A program made the translations under genes and the position numbers. This document shows, piece by piece, positions 55,981 to 57,625 of a stretch of DNA of 57,625 nt (within the stretch, counting starts at the first letter, position 1; the number at the start of each line of letters is the position of its first letter). The stretch is taken from the NCBI GenBank assembly GCA_049967535.1, contig JBMFSN010000001.1:1-57625 (forward strand), given 5' to 3'. Source of the DNA: Minisyncoccia bacterium. Lineage in GTDB: Bacteria; Patescibacteriota; Minisyncoccia; UBA6257. The notes under the pieces were generated by a model. It made no database searches, was not told the DNA's origin, and was given only the letters and a program-made list of their open reading frames with translations.

Positions 55981-56604
55981 ATGGAACCTCCCAAATCAAT
56001 TCAAAATTTTATTAAACTTTTTTCCCAAATTCCTGGCATTGGTCCTAGACAAGCTACAAGGATTGCTTTTTGGTTTCTTCATCAACCCAAAGAAACTCAA
56101 GCAGAATATCTAAAAGAAATTAATAACCTTTCTACTAAAATTAGATTATGTAAAAACTGTTTTTTGCCTTTTGAGCCAAAAAATAATGAAACTCTCTGTG
56201 AAATTTGTCGTAACCCCCTAAGAGACCATTCTCTTATTTGTGTAGTAGAAAAAGAAACCGATTTATTTTCTATAGAAAAAACTAATAAATACCGAGGAGT
56301 TTATTATATTTTAGGTAGATTACTTTCAGAGATTGAGGAACAAAAAACAAGTCCCATTAATCTTATCCCTCTTCTTTCGCAAATTAAAAACAGCTTTCGT
56401 GCCAAAAAGCCTGTTAAAGAAATTATCCTTGCCCTTAGCCCTACCTCGGAAGGTAATCTCACTACTTATTATTTAGAGCGTCAGCTAAAAAATCTAAAGC
56501 TTAATTTTAAAATTACTAAATTAGCTCGTGGCTTGCCTCATGGTGGAGAAGTAGAATTTGCCGACAGCGAGACTTTGATAAACGCCTTGGAAGGTAGAAA
56601 ATGA
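55981..56604 (+). CDS. recR: Recombination protein RecR
   Basis: HhH (FSQIPGIGPRQATRIAF), a C4 zinc finger (CKNCF...CEIC) and a Toprim domain (ICVVEKETD...ILALSPTSEG). Confidence 0.9.
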   Translation: MEPPKSIQNFIKLFSQIPGIGPRQATRIAFWFLHQPKETQAEYLKEINNLSTKIRLCKNCFLPFEPKNNETLCEICRNPLRDHSLICVVEKETDLFSIEKTNKYRGVYYILGRLLSEIEEQKTSPINLIPLLSQIKNSFRAKKPVKEIILALSPTSEGNLTTYYLERQLKNLKLNFKITKLARGLPHGGEVEFADSETLINALEGRK

Positions 56605-56691
56605 CAATCGCTCGTCTTTTCTTCTGCTCATTTTAAATCTTAAGGCTCGGGTATGTTGTTACAAAAACACGCTTAATTTAAAAAGACTAAT

Positions 56692-56720
56692 TAAAAATAT
56701 CACCCAAAGGCGATATTTTA
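56692..56720. terminator. Bidirectional terminator between recR and rplU
   Basis: AAAAATATCACCC-aaa-GGCGATATTTT. The stem is flanked by an A-run and a T-run (with one G-U pair on the minus strand). Confidence 0.6.
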
Positions 56721-56744
56721 ATTTCCATAAATTTCTACTATATT

Positions 56745-57059
56745 TCAATGTATTTCTTTTATTACTGCCTTCATATAAGGCTGACGATGACCTTTCTTTT
56801 TGTGATAACGAGTCTTGGAATGATAACGAAAAACAATAATTTTTCTACCTCGCCCAGCTTTTTCTATTTGAGCCACTACTTTTAACCCTTCCAAATAGGG
56901 CTTGCCTATTTTAATGTTTCCCTCATCATCTACCAAAAGAAGTACTTTATCAAAAACCACCTCTTCTCCCTCTTTAGCGGTTTTAATTTGTTCTATGGTA
57001 ATTCTTTGCTCCGGAGTAATTAAATATTGTTTTCCTCCTGTTTCGATAACAGCTATCAT
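56745..57059 (-). CDS. rplU: 50S ribosomal protein L21
   Basis: MIAVIETGGKQYLITPEQ...FRYHSKTRYHKKKGHRQPY. Confidence 0.92.
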   Translation of the reverse strand: MIAVIETGGKQYLITPEQRITIEQIKTAKEGEEVVFDKVLLLVDDEGNIKIGKPYLEGLKVVAQIEKAGRGRKIIVFRYHSKTRYHKKKGHRQPYMKAVIKEIH

Positions 57060-57079
57060 ATAATTGTAATTTAATTTTT

Positions 57080-57116
57080 ACCTACCCAAGTTTTGTTTTA
57101 GAAAATTTGGGCAGGT
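57080..57116 (-). promoter_or_regulatory. 10-bp hairpin in the rplU leader
   Basis: Minus strand: ACCTGCCCAA-N17-TTGGGTAGGT (one G-U pair), ending 20 nt upstream of the rplU ATG with no U-tract. Confidence 0.4.
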
Positions 57117-57158
57117 GAATTTTTGATTGGTATTCCTGTGAAAGCGAAAATCTCTTCT

Positions 57159-57482
57159 CTATCTATTTAAAAAATACACCTGAAGACTAATTAATAATAG
57201 CAAGAACCCTATTCCTATATTAGCAAAAAATAATAATTTACTCAAGTTTTCCTGATCTCTTTTAAGAAAATAGCTTAAAGCGCTATTAATGAGAATTAAA
57301 ATTACACCTAAAAGAGGAACCTGCCAAAGAGCATAACGATTGGCTAAAAAATGAATTCCAAAATCATTGGTCCTTAAAGCCACGGGAAAATTAGGTCCAG
57401 TTTTTTTAAACACCAAAAAATTCAATGTTAAAGAAATAAACAAACAGCTTATTAAAACAAAATAATATATTTTTTTATGCAC
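57159..57482 (-). CDS. Hypothetical small membrane protein
   Basis: 107 aa with three hydrophobic spans. No family recognised. Confidence 0.5.
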   Translation of the reverse strand: MHKKIYYFVLISCLFISLTLNFLVFKKTGPNFPVALRTNDFGIHFLANRYALWQVPLLGVILILINSALSYFLKRDQENLSKLLFFANIGIGFLLLLISLQVYFLNR

Positions 57483-57511
57483 CGATATTTTTATTCAAAA
57501 TCTCCTTGATT

Positions 57512-57625
57512 TCAATTTTGCTTTTCTGATTTTTGATTTTGCTTTTCTAATTGCAATTGCATCTTTTGAATAATTTCCTGAATTTGGGCAATTTTTTCAT
57601 TAACCATTTGCATTTGTATATTCCA
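57512..57625 (-). CDS. 3' end of a coiled-coil ORF running off the window edge
   Basis: Minus-strand frame: ...NIQMQMVNEKIAQIQEIIQKMQLQLEKQNQKSEKQN*. Partial; coding status uncertain. Confidence 0.3.
   Translation of the reverse strand, partial: WNIQMQMVNEKIAQIQEIIQKMQLQLEKQNQKSEKQN

Overview
The window is an AT-rich, very gene-dense 57.6 kb chromosomal segment. Almost every ORF of 60 aa or more on the track is a recognisable housekeeping gene.

Gene blocks:
- Plus strand, 83-15.6 kb: rpoD, murE, alaS, then a ribosomal/RNAP block (infA-rpmJ-rpsM-rpsK-rpsD-rpoA-rplQ, rplM-rpsI), followed by ftsW-murG and gltX.
- 22-38 kb: rpmA/rplI, def-fmt, the AMMECR1/Memo/radical-SAM trio, tgt-queA, a minimal sufC-sufBD, trxB and murD.
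- Minus strand, 39.5-51.7 kb: a long proteostasis block running hrcA-grpE-dnaK-(2 genes)-dnaJ-rmuC-groES-groEL-lemA-htpX-(DUF4870-like gene)-tRNA-Ser.
- 52-57 kb: a corA-like gene, cysS, dnaB, recR and rplU.

Lineage inference: a reduced-genome, Patescibacteria/CPR-like bacterium using the standard genetic code. This rests on shortened housekeeping proteins, the near absence of Shine-Dalgarno (SD) sequences in core genes, peptidoglycan genes combined with salvage enzymes, and many orphan membrane-anchored proteins. It is an inference only.

Features worth a second look:
1. A GC-rich ~176-nt structured element sits directly 3' of tRNA-Ser(GGA). It is bounded by an exact 17-bp duplication of the tRNA 3' end and lies next to a decayed HTH/methyltransferase (restriction-modification-like) remnant.
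2. A block at about 15.9-20.0 kb has strong GGAGG ribosome-binding sites, which the rest of the window lacks. It contains tdk, a tyrosine recombinase and an orphan operon of four translationally coupled genes (two encode paralogous small basic proteins). A Cas4/RecB-like PD-(D/E)XK nuclease is transcribed divergently from that operon.
3. A pervasive family of modular 7-nt-periodic intergenic repeat cassettes, some forming dispersed copies of more than 100 bp. One heptamer array lies inside the fmt coding sequence.
4. A promoter plus double-hairpin plus U-tract unit upstream of trxB, which is a candidate attenuator or small RNA.

No rRNA genes, CRISPR arrays or intact IS elements or prophages were seen.
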